In this document: positions 1 to 14,059 of the stretch, one piece after another
Layout of the letters: each line of letters opens with the position of its first letter
Position numbering within the stretch: position 1 is the stretch's first letter
Position numbers and translations under genes: made by a program
The notes under the pieces: generated by a model
What the model was told of the DNA's origin: nothing
What the model saw: only the letters and a program-made list of their open reading frames with translations
Database searches by the model: none
DNA from: the human T2T-CHM13v2.0 reference genome, Homo sapiens
Direction: 5' to 3' (one strand)
Length of the DNA stretch: 64,000 bases
Assembly: GCF_009914755.1 (NCBI RefSeq)
Contig: NC_060932.1

Positions 1-311
1 TCTGTATTACTTAGCTAGCAAAAATATATACATTTAACTGAGCACAAAATGCAAAAACGATTCGCAAGCTGAAAACTTGAGAACAACTTTAGAATAATTT
101 TGGATTTCTCTGATGCCACTCTATATTTCTAAGATATTCATTACCCTCACATTGTATGTATCTAGTTCTCAATAAATAATAACGTTTATATAAAACTACT
201 TTTTTAAGTTTAAACTGAATATATTTCAAAACTACTCAAAAGTTTTTCTTTTTAAAGAAAACATAATGAGAATAATCTACTTTTGAAATTGACTCAATTT
301 TTAACATTTTT

Positions 312-495
312 CATTATTTAAAAAAATTTTTGTGAGTACATAGTAGATACATATATTTATGGGGTATGTGTGTTGTTTTGATACAGGCATAAAATGTAAA
401 ATAAGCACATCATGGAGAATAAAGTATCCATTCCCTCAAGCATTTATCCTATGGGTTACAAACTATCCAATTTGACTCATTTTTTAATGCACCAT
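312..495 (-). mobile_element. L1MA (L1MA1-3-like) 3' terminal fragment
   Basis: TTTTTGTGAGTACATAGTAG...TTTTGATACAGGCAT...AATAAGCACATCATGGAGAAT...CCCTCAAGCATTTATCC matches the reverse-complemented L1MA 3' UTR end. Confidence 0.8.
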
Positions 496-2088
496 TAACT
501 GAATTTCAAATTAAATTGATACTGTAAAAATCTTAAACAGAACTTTTTATTTTTTTCTTTAAAATTAAAGATAAGTAAATACTTTTTAAAGCAGCAATAC
601 TGATGAAGATTGCTTATTAGTAATATATATATATTTTATTTTTAACAAGTATGTTTGTGGTTAGCTTTCCAAATAATTCATGTTTTCTTTCTCATTGGTA
701 TGAGAAACATAATTCAAATCAAATTACTACCCTGAGCCTGCTATCTAGAGTGTCTTCTGAATCATTGTTGGTCCTCAGAACATCATTTTTGCTCTTTCAT
801 GTCTCTATTGAGCATTTTGCCATTAACAATTATAGCCTGCACACCAAGATTCCTCTACCATTTTAAACCTCTGAGGTAACAGAGTGAGATCACTGCTATT
901 TTTTGCCCCCAAAACACTCAGTAATTTCCCTTATTTTATTATGCCATAAACCAACTTGTTTAGTTGTCCTTATGAAAATATATTTTGTGATTCCTTTACA
1001 CTGAGTCTAAAGAACCAATAAATCTCAAAACTGCTCTCTATGTATAAATGAGCTTTCAAGGCACAACTGGGATTATATTAGTTTTTCTTTTTTTACATTA
1101 AACCACTAACATTATATGTTTTGAAGAGGCTTTTAAACTTGGTCAAGTCATTGAAATTGGTACATATGAATGGAAATGGACATCTAAAAACCACCAGGTC
1201 TTTAAAGCACCAAACTCTTAGGTATACGTGTGCTGGCGACCACATGCTCCTAATTGGAAATTGTTGATGTTTACACTGTTTTCTTCTTCCCACACTGCTG
1301 CTTTGAAGGTAAAAATTATTATATTAAAAAGGGAAACAAATGTAAGACTAAAAAAAAAGGACCTATATAATAGAACAAGTGTCTTCCAGCTATAAAAATT
1401 TAGGCCACCTTTGTAATTATTATATTATAAAGATATTTTAAAGTATTAATCTTGTAAATACATGTGATATTTCTAATCCTCCTATATTTTACGTTTTAAA
1501 TTCATCAGATGATTATTTTTTGACAGTGTATGTTGTCAGTTCTATGTCAAGAATATTCAACTTTGTTAAAGCATCAATTTAAATAGCATTATTCAGATAT
1601 AATCTAACAAAACAAATCCTTGAATTAGATGCTATTATTTTTTCCAATTTGGTACCGGAAAAAAAAACTGCAGCGACGTAAAATTAACAGCTTAACCTCA
1701 AACAGAAAGTACATAGGTGAATCAAGTGGATTTTAGCATAGGCCTTGGCTAGAATCCTGCTGTAATCTCTTGGCTCCTCAGCCTCAGTGGGAGGTGGAAC
1801 AGAATGGAGTCTATTATAGCTTCACTCAGTTCAGATTCCCTTCATCAGAACTTTGACCATAAACCTAGTACCTTTCAGGTATCACCTCTGGAATTTCATA
1901 CGAGAAAGTTAGCATTTACCTGAGCAATGAAGAAAGTGAGTGTCTGTGAGGTTGCTGAGACAATCTTGAAAACCCTGAAGCCATAAATAGAAAGCCCAAT
2001 GGGTCACTCCATTGACCTTACTTGTCCCCTGTAGTGTTGATTAAGCAGACTCTATCTGGAGCATATCCACTCCTCTTGGCAGTAATAA

Positions 2089-2443
<355 letters not shown>

Positions 2444-2649
2444 ACCTCTTCTAATATCATTCTGTTGGTCAAGGGGATGTGTAGCCAAGCATGAAAGAAT
2501 AATTACTCAAGAGATGAGACATGGATATTGGGGTACAATTATAAAACCTCACACTGCCTCTTTGTTCTTCCCTTCTTCCTTTACCCTCTAACACTGACTC
2601 CCCACACACTCAGCCAAAGCTCCTGTTGTAGTTAGTACACATTGCCTAT

Positions 2650-2955
2650 ACATACTTTATCTTTTATATCACAGTCTTTTATGCATTTGGGTTGGATTGA
2701 GGTGATATGTGTCCAGCTAAGGCTGTTAAAAATGATTTTGCCTCTTCTCTCTGCCTTTCGTATTTCACATGTGGAGCTGACAGTAGGATAAGAAGAGCAG
2801 AACATGGAAAACTAAGTTTCTGTATTGAAGATTGACTCCTCTGACCTACAGCAGATTTTCTGTGATTTATAAATTAACCTTTCTGGTCCTTAAACACTGT
2901 GATTTCAGAATTTATTGGTTACTATCACATAGCTTGGCTCAAATAGACTAATTTT
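2650..2955 (+). mobile_element. old MLT1 (MaLR) LTR fragment
   Basis: 3' end AAATTAACCTTT...TAAACACTGTGATTT...TTGGTTACTATCACATAGC...GACTAAT resembles the MLT1I/J/K terminus. Confidence 0.45.
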
Positions 2956-3564
2956 ATTGTCGCCCACTATGAACTTTTCTCACTTAAGTTTATCTCAAAA
3001 ACAAACAACGATGTTGATATTTTACTTTGATACTAATTGCACCGTGCTAAAAGGACACAGAGTGTTATTCCTCATTTTGATTTATTCTTTCGTTCTCAAG
3101 GAATGTCACCAAAGTACAAGATGATTGCTTAGCCTAAGTAAACAATACAAACAATAGTGAAATGCCTGAAATTTTCTGCCACCCTCAAAAGTTTAATAAT
3201 ATAATTCCCCTCAAATTATCAAGTAAATTCCTTGTGTCTGCAGCTATATTAAAACATAAAAATATTTTCTCCTTTTTCATCGTAAATAAATTAAAAACAA
3301 ATGTGTGTCTAGGAGTGTGTATGTAATTTGTTCTAATTTATGTTTATTTTTTAATAAGTAGGCATTTGTATCTTACTCAGATTTCTATTTTTTTGCATAT
3401 ATTACCCACAGTTTTTAACAAACCCACACATACACATACCAAACACAAATGTTTATAGATCTTTTTTTAGAATATCTATCTCCATCTTATTTGGTGATCT
3501 AGTCAATTTAATCCTACAACCAGAATACAAATGTGAAAGACACTTTTATTGGCTTTCTTTAAAA

Positions 3565-4067
3565 TATAAATTCCCTGCTTCTTTCTTCCTAAATGATCTG
3601 TATATCATTTCAATGACTTGAGGTACGCTGATCCTACTCTCAGCTCTAGTTACAAATTGTGATTAGTCAAACGAATTATTGAGCTCTCAAAGTCCACAAT
3701 GGTGATTGAATTAAGAATGTGATTACAACCTAAGTCAGCTAATCAGACATGGGAAAATATCACCTGGGAGTAACATGGGTAAAATTTCCTCACTTTACTG
3801 AATAACTTGGTCACTTTTTTTCCATTTTTGCACATTGCGTTTGATGTGGGCATATCTCCAATCATCTAGATACCAAATTAATGATAAAGGCAACATTTGG
3901 AAGTGACAGGAATCATCAGAGAAAAACAGAAAGAGAGCAACGATGAATTATGAATTGATCCTGCCTTACCCAGGGATTTTCTATGCACATATGCAAATAC
4001 TTTACTTTTCAAATGACCTCGAATCTAGGCTCTAGGATGCTTGCACTATTACGTTATAAATGACACA
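3565..4067 (+). mobile_element. old MLT1K/L-like LTR, degenerate
   Basis: CTGATCCTACTCTCAGCTCTAG, GGTGATTGAATTAAGAATGTG...CCTAAGTCAGCTAATCAGA and terminal ...TGACACA resemble MLT1K/L. Confidence 0.4.
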
Positions 4068-4089
4068 ATTAAAAGTGTACACATTAAAA

Positions 4090-5533
4090 ATGTCCAAATT
4101 CTCATCTGAGACAAGGCAAGTCACTTCCACCTATGAGCCTGTAAAATCAAAAGCAAGTTAGTTACTTCCTAGACACAATGGGCATACAGGCGTTGGGTAA
4201 ATACACCAGTTCCAAATGGGAGAAATTGGTCAAAACAAAGGGGCTACAGGCCCCATGGAAGTCTGAAATCCAATAGGACAGTCGTTAAACATTAAAGTTC
4301 CAAAATGATCTCCTTTGACTCCATGTCTCACGTCCGGGTCACGCTGATGCAAGAGGCGGGCTGCCACAGCCTTGGGTAGCTCAGCCTCTGTGGCTTTGCA
4401 GGGTACATACCCCTCCTGACTGCTTTCACAACTGGCATTAAGTGTATGCATCTTTTTGAAGTACATGGCACAAGTTGTCGGTGGATCTAACATTCTGGGG
4501 TCTGGAGGACAGTGGCTTTCTTCTCACAGCTCCACTAGTCAGTACCCCAGTGGGGACTCTGTGTGGGGGCTCCAATCCCACATTTTCTTTCTGCATTGCC
4601 CTAGCAGAAGTTCTTCATGAGTGTTCCACCCCTGCAGCACACCTCTGCCTGGACATCCAGGCATTTCCGTACATCCTCTGAAATCTAGGTGGAGAGTCCC
4701 ACATTTCAATTCTTGATTTCTGTGCACCTGTAGGTCCAACACCATATGTATGCCAACAAGGCATGGGGCTTGCACCCTCTGAAGCAATGTCCTGAGCTGT
4801 ACATTAGCCCCTTTTAGCCATGGCTGGAGCTGAAATGACTGAGACACAGGGCACCACAACCCCAGGCTGCATAGAGCAGTGGAGCTCCCCTGGGAAGGCC
4901 CATGAAACTATTTTTCCCATGTATGCTTCCTTTTTACCCCTAGGCCTCCAGGCCTGTGATGGGAGGGGCTGCCATGAAGGTCTCTGACTGCCCTGGAGAC
5001 ATTTTCCCCATTGTCTTGGTGATTAATATTCAGCTCTCAGTTACTTATGCAAATTTCCACAGTCAGCTTGAATTTCTCCCCAGAAAATGGGTTTTTCTTT
5101 TCTGTCACATCATCAGGCCGCAAATTTTTCAAACTTTATGCTCTGCTTTCTCTTGAACACTTTGCCGCTTAGAAATTTCTTCCACCGGATACTCTAAATC
5201 ATCTCTCTCAAGTTCAAAGTGCCACACATCTCTAGGGCAGGAGCAAAATGCTTCCAATGAATCTGCATAGCAAGAATGATCTTTACTCCAGTTCCCAACA
5301 AGATTCTTATTTCATCTGAGGCCACCTCAGCCTGGACTTCATCGTCCACATCACTATCAGCATTTTCGTCAAAGCAATTCAACAATTCTCTAGGAAGTCC
5401 CAAACCTTCCCACATCTGCCTGTCTTCTGACCCCTCCAAACTGTTTGAACCTCTGCCTGTTATCCAGCTCCAAAGTTGCTTCCATATTTTCGGGTATCTT
5501 ACAGCAGCACCCCACTACTCAGTACCAGTTTAT
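4090..5533 (-). mobile_element. THE1-int (MaLR internal sequence), 3'-truncated
   Basis: Continuous match to THE1-int (CTCATCTGAGACAAGGCAAGTC...GGGGCTACAGGCCCCATG...CAGCACCCCACTACTCAGTACCAG), directly abutting a THE1 LTR. ORFs 4230-5560 are broken THE1-int frames. Confidence 0.93.
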
Positions 5534-5910
5534 TGTATTAGTCCATTCTCACACTGCTAATAAAGACATAACCAAGACTGGGGAATTTATAGAGGGTAGA
5601 GGTTTATTTAATTGACTCACAGTTCAACATGGCTGGGGAAGCCTCAGGAAACTTAGAATCATGACAGAAGGAGAAGCAACCATGTCTTTCTTCAAGTGGT
5701 GGCAGGAGAGAAGAGTTAATGCCCACCAAAGTGGGGAGCCTATTTTAAAACCATCAGATCTTATGAGAACTAACTCACGATCACAAGAACAGCATGGGGA
5801 AACAAGGCCTGTGATTCAATTATGTCCTTCTAGTCCCTCCCAGGACACAGGGGGATTACGGAAACTACAATTCAAGATGAGATTTGGGTAGGAACACAGC
5901 CAAACCATAC
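5534..5910 (-). mobile_element. THE1C-like LTR (5' LTR of the provirus)
   Basis: TGTATTAGTCCATTCTCACACTGCTAATAAAGACATA ... GAGATTTGGGTAGGAACACAGCCAAACCATA. Confidence 0.93.
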
Positions 5911-6080
5911 TATATATGTATATATATTTGACTTTGGTATATGAGTTTTTATTATGTATATATCAGCTACAAATTAAGGGCAATAGACAATTATTTAATG
6001 CACCTTAACATATATAGCACTCAATCTGTAATATTTATGTATAAGAAAATGTTGCTAGCCCTATAACGTGAATTATTCAT

Positions 6081-6478
6081 TGCTATGGTTTGATTAATTT
6101 TGTCCCATCAAAATTCATGTTGAAACGTTAACCCTAATGCGACTATATTAAGGGGTGTGATTTTTAGGAGATAATTGAGTCTTGAAGGCTCTGCCCTCAT
6201 GAATGATATTAGGTGCCCTTATAAAAGGGCTTGATAGAAGGAGCTCACCCCTTTTTGCCCTTCTGCTTTCCACCATGTGAGGACATTAGTCCCCGTCAAA
6301 GGATGCAGCAACAAGGCTCCATTTTGGAAACAGACGCTGGGCCTTCATAAGACACTGAATCTAGCAGCACCTTCATCTTGGCCTCCTACTCTCCAAAACT
6401 GTGAGAAATAAATTTATGCTCTTTATTAATTACCCAGTCTCAGATATTCTGTTATAGCAGCACTAATAAACTCAGATG
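6081..6478 (+). mobile_element. MSTD/MLT1A-like solo LTR
   Basis: TGCTATGGTTTG start, GCCCTCATGAATG, GGATGCAGCAACAAGG, AACTGTGAGAAATAAATTT...TTACCCAGTCTCAG...GTTATAGCAGCAC. Confidence 0.85.
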
Positions 6479-8479
6479 GCCATGAAAATAATCTCTAAGA
6501 GTACTAATAGCTTAGCATCTAATAACAAATAATTTAATAATAATGGCTTATTAAAAAATTTCTTTATATTTGAAATGCCTCAATGTTTATTTCATGATTT
6601 CCAGAATATTTATTTTTTGTGTTTACTGTGTGGTCTTTTTATAACATGATCACTTATAATTTGTAAGATCAGAAGTAGGCATTCTGAAATCTGCATGCAA
6701 AATATTTTATTAGAAATGAGAAGCCATTATTTAGTTGTTTAATTAATTTGTGAAACTAATAACTATTTAATTCAACATATAATTAAAGTTAATGTAAATT
6801 TAAGTTACAAATAATAAAGGGAGAGCAAAATAATAAAAAGCTTAAGGTTGTAATAAAGTTATTTTTTAAAAAAAGATATATAAATTTATCTTGAAGATAT
6901 GTCATTTGGACTCGGGTCTTCATTTAAGAAGTGGATTTCAAAACAAACCAATGTCTGTTAATGATTGTACTAATTTTGGTTTCCTAACAGGTGAATATTT
7001 GGATTGTTTCTATTTTAAATTTGGGTTGAAATTTGAAACAGCATTTTCCTATTTCAAGCCTCACTAAGGTTGTTTGTTAAGGAGGTAAATTACATAATCC
7101 ATAAAATATTCAATTAATTAATGTCTATTTAGATGGGATACAGGTCAGTATAGTTCTGCTTTCCTGCAGAGTTAAAACTCTAAATAGATACAATGGAAGA
7201 GTTTTTCATTAACCTTTTATATTGCAATTTTGCGTATACTGAATGAATAGTGCTTGATATAACTATAATATTATGATAATATGTAGTGGAAACAATATGA
7301 ACTCTTGTAACCTCTTTAATTAATCAAAAAAATTACATATGAAATAATAGCTCAAAATTAATTTAAAGAATATGTTTAGCATAAAGTAAGAAATTTACAA
7401 GAATATATTTTTTAAATGCATAATGTATATTTATGCAGTTTAAAAACAAAATAATTACATTGTCTTTAAACAATGGCATTTTATTATAATATACATAATA
7501 TTAGAGACAGAATTACTCAATAGTTGGCAAGGCTTAATGTGAACATACTATTTAACACAAATTTTTCAAAGAGATTGAATATTTATAATGTGTAATCATA
7601 TATGCACCAGTTCATTAATGTTAGTCTCTACACTATAATTTTAAAAAATAATTACAAAATAATGCCCTCAAAATTCAAAGTTTCAGGATCAATACACAGA
7701 ATAATCATAAGGAAGCTTGAACAAATATCTTGATTCATGCAGACATAGGGGTACTTACCTGAGTGCCAATCAGAAAACAACTACAACAAAATTCCCTCTG
7801 AGGACAAACATTTTAAAACATTATGAGGGTAAACTTTACCAATACATACCTTCCTACTCTGTAGCATATATTGTACAGATATGTGTTTGTATAGGCCACA
7901 TGTTTGTGAGCACTGGATTTTTAAAGACTAATGAGCTATTGATCCTTCCTGATCATCAATGATGTTATTTCATAATGTATACTCCATACATGGCTACTGA
8001 TTTCCTATTCAGCTCTGCCTCCAATTTGAATACTGGCAATTTCTATCAAAGAAAGCAAAAGTGATCCAATTCCTAGCCAAAGTCTAAGTGAAAACAAGAA
8101 TATTTGAAGCAAACACAAATGCAGAGTTCTAGGGATTGTTAGAGGAAAAGAAATATTTAAAAGGCGGGATTTTAGAATTAATACTAACAGCAGACGAGTT
8201 ACCTTTTGAGAGCACAATGGAGGCAAAGAAGGCCTTCACATACATCAACAGGTAAAGCAAATGCACTATTACAGACTGAGCATTATCTGTAAATGACAAT
8301 ATGTATTCAGTTGAAGCTGAGCTGCTAAAATAGAACATGCAAGAGGGGAATGGTAAAGAAACAGACTAGAGGGTTTTTGCTAGAGCTCAGTTTTCAAAAA
8401 TTCTAAAGGAGGATGAACTTAGAATAAGGACTGTTAGTATTCATATATTGTTATACTAGTATGCTTTCTTAGCTCTTAG

Positions 8480-8960
8480 TTTTATCATGTAATTGAATCA
8501 TATATTGTGTGGATTGTTGAATCTGTCTTCTTTCACTTAGCATAATGATTCTAATATTCATTCACGCTGCTGTATATTTTAGTTGTTCATTCATTTTAAA
8601 TTATTGGGTAGTATTTCATTACATAGATGTCCAATACTTAGGTTATCAGTTTATCAGTTGATGGACATCTGGACAAGTTCTAATTTTATGTGATTGTGAA
8701 TAAAGTTACTATTAACATTTGCTTACAGGCTTTCATGTGACATAAGCTTTCATTTCTCCTGCATAATACCTAGCAGTAATATTGCTTGAACATATGTGAA
8801 GTACAACTTCATAAGATACTGTCTATTTCCCCTAGTGGCTGTTCCATTTTGCATTCCCACCAGTAATGTATAAGTTCCAATTGCTCCGTCTCCTTGTCAA
8901 CATTTGTTTTTGTCCATTGTATTGGTTTTAGACTTTCTAGTAGGTACACAGTAGTATCAA
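8480..8960 (-). mobile_element. old L1M (L1MC/MD/ME) ORF2 3'/3'UTR fragment
   Basis: TTTCACTTAGCATAATG, GTTGATGGACAT, CCATTTTGCATTCCCACCAGTAATGTAT are conserved L1M antisense motifs. Confidence 0.8.
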
Positions 8961-10630
8961 ACTACTTTAAATTCTAGGAAGTTTTAACAGAAAGTCTTAA
9001 TGTTGGTCATTTGCTGTATAGATATTCCCAAGCAGCAGGTACTGTTTTTAAAAAATATATCATTTTAAGTCATACTTTATTTAAAATAATTTAAAATTAT
9101 AAATTTTATTATATTTTATTGTGGTTTGTTTCTTTTTAAAGGCACCGATAACTGTATGATGCTCTTTTGTTTACTTTTTGGTAGCTTTTACTGTTTGTTT
9201 TAATTCTTTTCATTATTTCTTTTCCTTCATTTTCTATTTCTTTTGAGGAATTACCTTTTATGCTTGTTTTATTTTATACTCCTATTTAAAGTAATGGTTT
9301 TAAATAATATTTTATTTTGCATTTCATTCATTGTCTAATATCTACTACCTCTCTACTAAGTTTTTGATTCTTATTCAAATTTTTCTTTTGTACTAACTTT
9401 GTCTTTGTTTATGGCCTCTCATTTTGAGACATTAGAAAATAAATTTTATATTTTTCAGTGGACATATCTTTCTGACATGCAGGCATATTTCTAGCATCTA
9501 TTTGTTCATTAATTTATTCTTTACTCTTTTTTCTTTCATTTTAAATTTGTGAAAGATATGACCATAATTAATTTATTTTGATAATTTTAGTTGAAATTAT
9601 TTTTCTCTGAACTAGTAAGAATTAGTATACAAAAGTACCTTTTTAAAACATGGTACACTATTTCTGAGATCTTCTGGAATCCATTCTCACTGTATTTTGC
9701 AATTATCTTTCTTTTTTCTGTAATGTAACTCTCCTGTTCATTTTCATTTCTACTCCCAGTTTTTCACGGTGCCAGGGAGGGTGGTGGTTTCAGATATTTT
9801 CCAGTAGTCATAATGCTTATACTGTTCTAGCTCCTTCAGATCTTTCTGTTAACTTACCCACATGTAGGGGTGCTCAACAACTCTTCCCAGTTTTAGCTTG
9901 TTTTCACATTTGCCTGCTGCATATATGAAGAAGTATCTATCTTCACTTTTTGGGTTTTCCTGTTCTTACAAGCTCTGCCACCTCATTGCTTTTTTCGGAC
10001 CTCTCTAGTTGCTATTATTCTGCAGGTCTTACAGTGTCTTTTATTTTCTTTTTGTCCTAGAGATTTTGATTTTGCTGTGCTTACTGCTCTCTTTGATATT
10101 ATGTCGATTTTGAATAAATTCAAATATGTTACTACTGCTGCCGACTCTTTCTCAATATACATAACACTTGAAAATATAATAACTATTTACTTTGCAGAGA
10201 TTATCAAACACAAAGAAGTAAATGGAAAAGGATTACAGTTCAAGCTATATTATTATAGAGTTAAATCTTATACCTCAAGTAAGTAGGCATAAAAATGAAA
10301 TAATTTGGACAAGTTAGCTTAATTGATAATGAAGAAACAAATTTTGAAGATACATGTGAAAAGTCTGGTTTTATGAAATAAATCTAAATACAGCAATAAT
10401 AATTGTCTTTTATATTAGTTTGTATAAAATATATATTTATGTACTTTCAATGAAATCAATGAATTCTGCATTATTATTGAAGTTTTTATTTCCTTTATAC
10501 TCATAAAAGAAAAATATATTCAAGGATGCCAAATAAATATGTAAACAACAAAAAATATGAGAAAAGATTTTTCTCATTGTTCAGGGAATACATTGCTTTA
10601 CATTTGGGAAGTCTTGATATATAATAAGCT

Positions 10631-10927
10631 TTTTTTTTTAATTTTTGAGATGGAATCTTGCTCTGTGGCAAAGGCTGGAGTGCAGCAGTGCAATCTCGGC
10701 TCACTGCAACCTCTGCTTCCCCAGAGTTCATATAATTCTCCTGCCTCAGCCTCTCGAGTAGATGGGATTACAGGCATGACACCACATCTGGCTAATTTTT
10801 ATATTTTTAGTAGAGACGGGGTTTTGCCATGTTGGCCAGGCTGGTCATGAACTCCTGACCTCAAGTGATCCACCCATGTTGGCCTCTCAAAGTGCTGGGA
10901 TTACAGGCGTGAGCCGCGGCACCCGGC
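10631..10927 (-). mobile_element. AluS (Sx/Sz-like)
   Basis: Two arms, GACCTCAAGTGATCC, TSD ATAATAAGCT at 10621-10630 and 10930-10939. Confidence 0.95.
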
Positions 10928-11129
10928 AAATAATAAGCTATTTTAAGTAAATATTAAATATTAGATTGTTTCTATCAGGCATTGTTTTATTTAAATGAGC
11001 ATTTTTTATTTGTTAATTCCAATTAAAAGTAACACAGTGCTAACAAAATGATAAAAGCTAATTCAAGCTTACCCTCAGATCTAGGGAGATGATAGAGAAT
11101 AGTGAGTACTAGAGTAGAGTCAATGTCCT

Positions 11130-11365
11130 TCTAAAAAGGAATGGATGACTCTCAGCATTGTCTGATCATTGCTATGCAAGTATATGGGGTAAGTGTTGCC
11201 AGAGTCTTTTTTTTTTTAACAAAGAAGTTATAAAATTAGAATTTTAAATTAAAAATAAACATTTTCATTAATTAATATTCAAGCATTGCTAAAAACAAAC
11301 TATGAAGGCTGGAAATATGCATGTCTAAAAATATGTCTCTGGGACTCTATTTGACAAGTTTAGAA
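11130..11365. mobile_element. hAT-Charlie MITE (MER103-like) fragment
   Basis: AGTGTTGCCAGAGTCTTTTT...AAAGAAGTTATAAAATTAGAATTTT resembles the MER103 core. Confidence 0.4.
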
Positions 11366-11375
11366 GCATCTGTAC

Positions 11376-11643
11376 TGCTATGGACTAAGTTGTTTCCCCC
11401 TAAAATTCGTATGTTGAAGCCTAAATTTCAATGTGATCTTATTTGGAGGTAGGACATGTTAAGGGTAAATGAGGTCAGAGAATAGGGCTCTAATATGATT
11501 AGTGTTCTTAGAAGAAGATACACCAGAGATCTCGGGCAGTGGCATGCTTATCTGGGACTTTCAACCTCCAGAACGGTGTGAAATGTCTCTTGTTTGAGCC
11601 ACCCAATTTATGATATTTTATTAAGGGAGTCAGAGCTAAGACA
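11376..11643 (+). mobile_element. MLT1A-like solo LTR, internally deleted
   Basis: TGCTATGGACT...AAAATTCGTATGTTGAAGCC ... CCTCCAGAAC...AGCCACCCA...CTAAGACA. 5-bp TSD TGTAC/TGTGC. Confidence 0.8.
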
Positions 11644-12686
11644 TGTGCAAGCTTTTTGTTCTTCCCTTACACTCAAAAGGGTATCATTATTTCCTGTTTT
11701 AGGGATTCTACATGAGTCTTTGTCTCAGTTTTTCAATTGGCTATTGAATCTCAATGATGTGGATAATGTTCATAAAGTAACAGAGGTTTGTTTTAATTAA
11801 GTTTAACACAATTAAAAATAGGAAATAAAGGACTACTGCATTTAGGCCACATGTGTACCATCTTGAGAGGGCTTTGTATGATTCTGTCTGATAATCTGGC
11901 CAACATACCTCAATTTTATGCCATGGGTAAATATACATACATAAGTACATATATCCATACATGTAAATATAAATATCTACAATTATAAACAAAACTTTGC
12001 TACATAATGCACTATAATATACAATGATGTATGGCAAATTTTCTTGTATTGTCAAATCAAATTACTGCATAGTGTATTTTTAAATACGCATGTCACTTAA
12101 AATGACATATGAATCTCTATGAAGGAGACATTCATAGTTCTAGAGTACATAATTGTGTATATTAGAGCATATCTAGTGACAATACATAAAACCTGTCATC
12201 ATGTTGATAACCTTAATCTAAAATAACAAACATAACACTAATTAAAATAACTCCCATTTCATATACTTCAAAGAACAAATTATTTATAAAAAGACAATCA
12301 TATACATAAGTAATGTCAAATTTATTTAGTTTTCCCAAAGAAATATAATGAGAATAGTGAATAATTACAATTGGCCTGTAATATGTGAGGATTTGAATTT
12401 TCCCATTATGAAAGAGGAAAATCTCTTTCAGAAACAAATTCTTATCAGAACTTTGCAGAAGAGAATGTTTTTCCCGTCTATTCATTATAATTTCTCAGAC
12501 TTTTAAGTGTCTGATGAAATTTTATTGCAATGACAGAAATATTTATTAAATAGAGGTCAAAGATGGATAAACGCATTCTTCCAAGTTGCAGTTATAAGTT
12601 TAACTATTTCTTTGAATACACAGAGGAAATATAATGAGCATTAGAACAAAAATAATGTTAAAAATAGTCAAGGAACTACCTATTTA

Positions 12687-13127
<441 letters not shown>

Positions 13128-13681
13128 TTAGAGTAGATGAAATTAACTACTAAAGTTTGAAGGTAGAATAATTGTTTCCTTATGTTTAAATACCTGAAAG
13201 GGAATTATACGCCTATAGATGCAATATACTTTCTTTTATGGATTGAAATTATTTATATTGAAAAATCAAATCATTTATGGCAATGTATAGTAACTAACAT
13301 AAGATCTTATATTTTCTCATCTATACATTTAATAGAGTTTTGTGAATGTGACAATACGTTATAAACACGAAGATTGTACTGCTAGGGTTGTAAATGAAAT
13401 ATTTTTATTTAATTAAATTTTAGGCAAAGGTTCTCTTCTTTTCTGTCACATATAAAAAAAGATCCAAAAAATATGCAGAAGATAGTACCATAAGATTGTG
13501 GTTGGGGGCAACTGGTTAGTAATCCAGAATAAAGAGGAAAGGAAGCAAGAGATGAATCAGTAAATGCTGGAATACAACCCCATTGCTTGACATATTAAGG
13601 CACTATTTCCTAATTATTGTACTACTCACTTTGACCTTTTCTCCAGCCCCAAGAGTTAGCAGAGGGTTCTTTTCCCCTTTA

Positions 13682-14059
13682 GTTTTTTAAAGTTTGTGGT
13701 AAAAATTGTATAACAGAAAATTTATTGTCAAGCATTTTTAAGTGTGTAGTTAAATAGTTTTAAGTATATTCACATTGTTGTAAACAGATCTTCTGAAGTT
13801 TTTTTCTTGAAAATCTGGAACTCTAAACTTATCAAACAACAACTCCCCTTTAGCCCCTCTCCTTAGGCCCTGGTAACCTCCATTCTATTTTGATTCTACA
13901 AATTTGACTACTTTACTCATATATTCAAAATCCTACAACAGTTATCTTTTTGTGATTGGTTTATTTTACTTAGCATGATGTCCTTAAGGTGTGTGCATGT
14001 TGTAGAATGTGACAGGATTTTCTTCCCTTTTAAGGATGAATAATACTCAATTTTCTGCA
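13682..14059 (-). mobile_element. L1MB 3' end (left part, split by Tigger2)
   Basis: TTGTGGTAAAA...CATTTTTAAGTGT...CACATTGTTG...CCCTGGTAACC...TTAGCATGATGTCC matches the L1MB2/3-type 3' UTR. Confidence 0.85.

Noticed and set aside
4230-5891. Cluster of overlapping 66-106 aa ORFs
   Set aside because: All lie in THE1-int/LTR and are fragmented, with no intact MaLR ORF.
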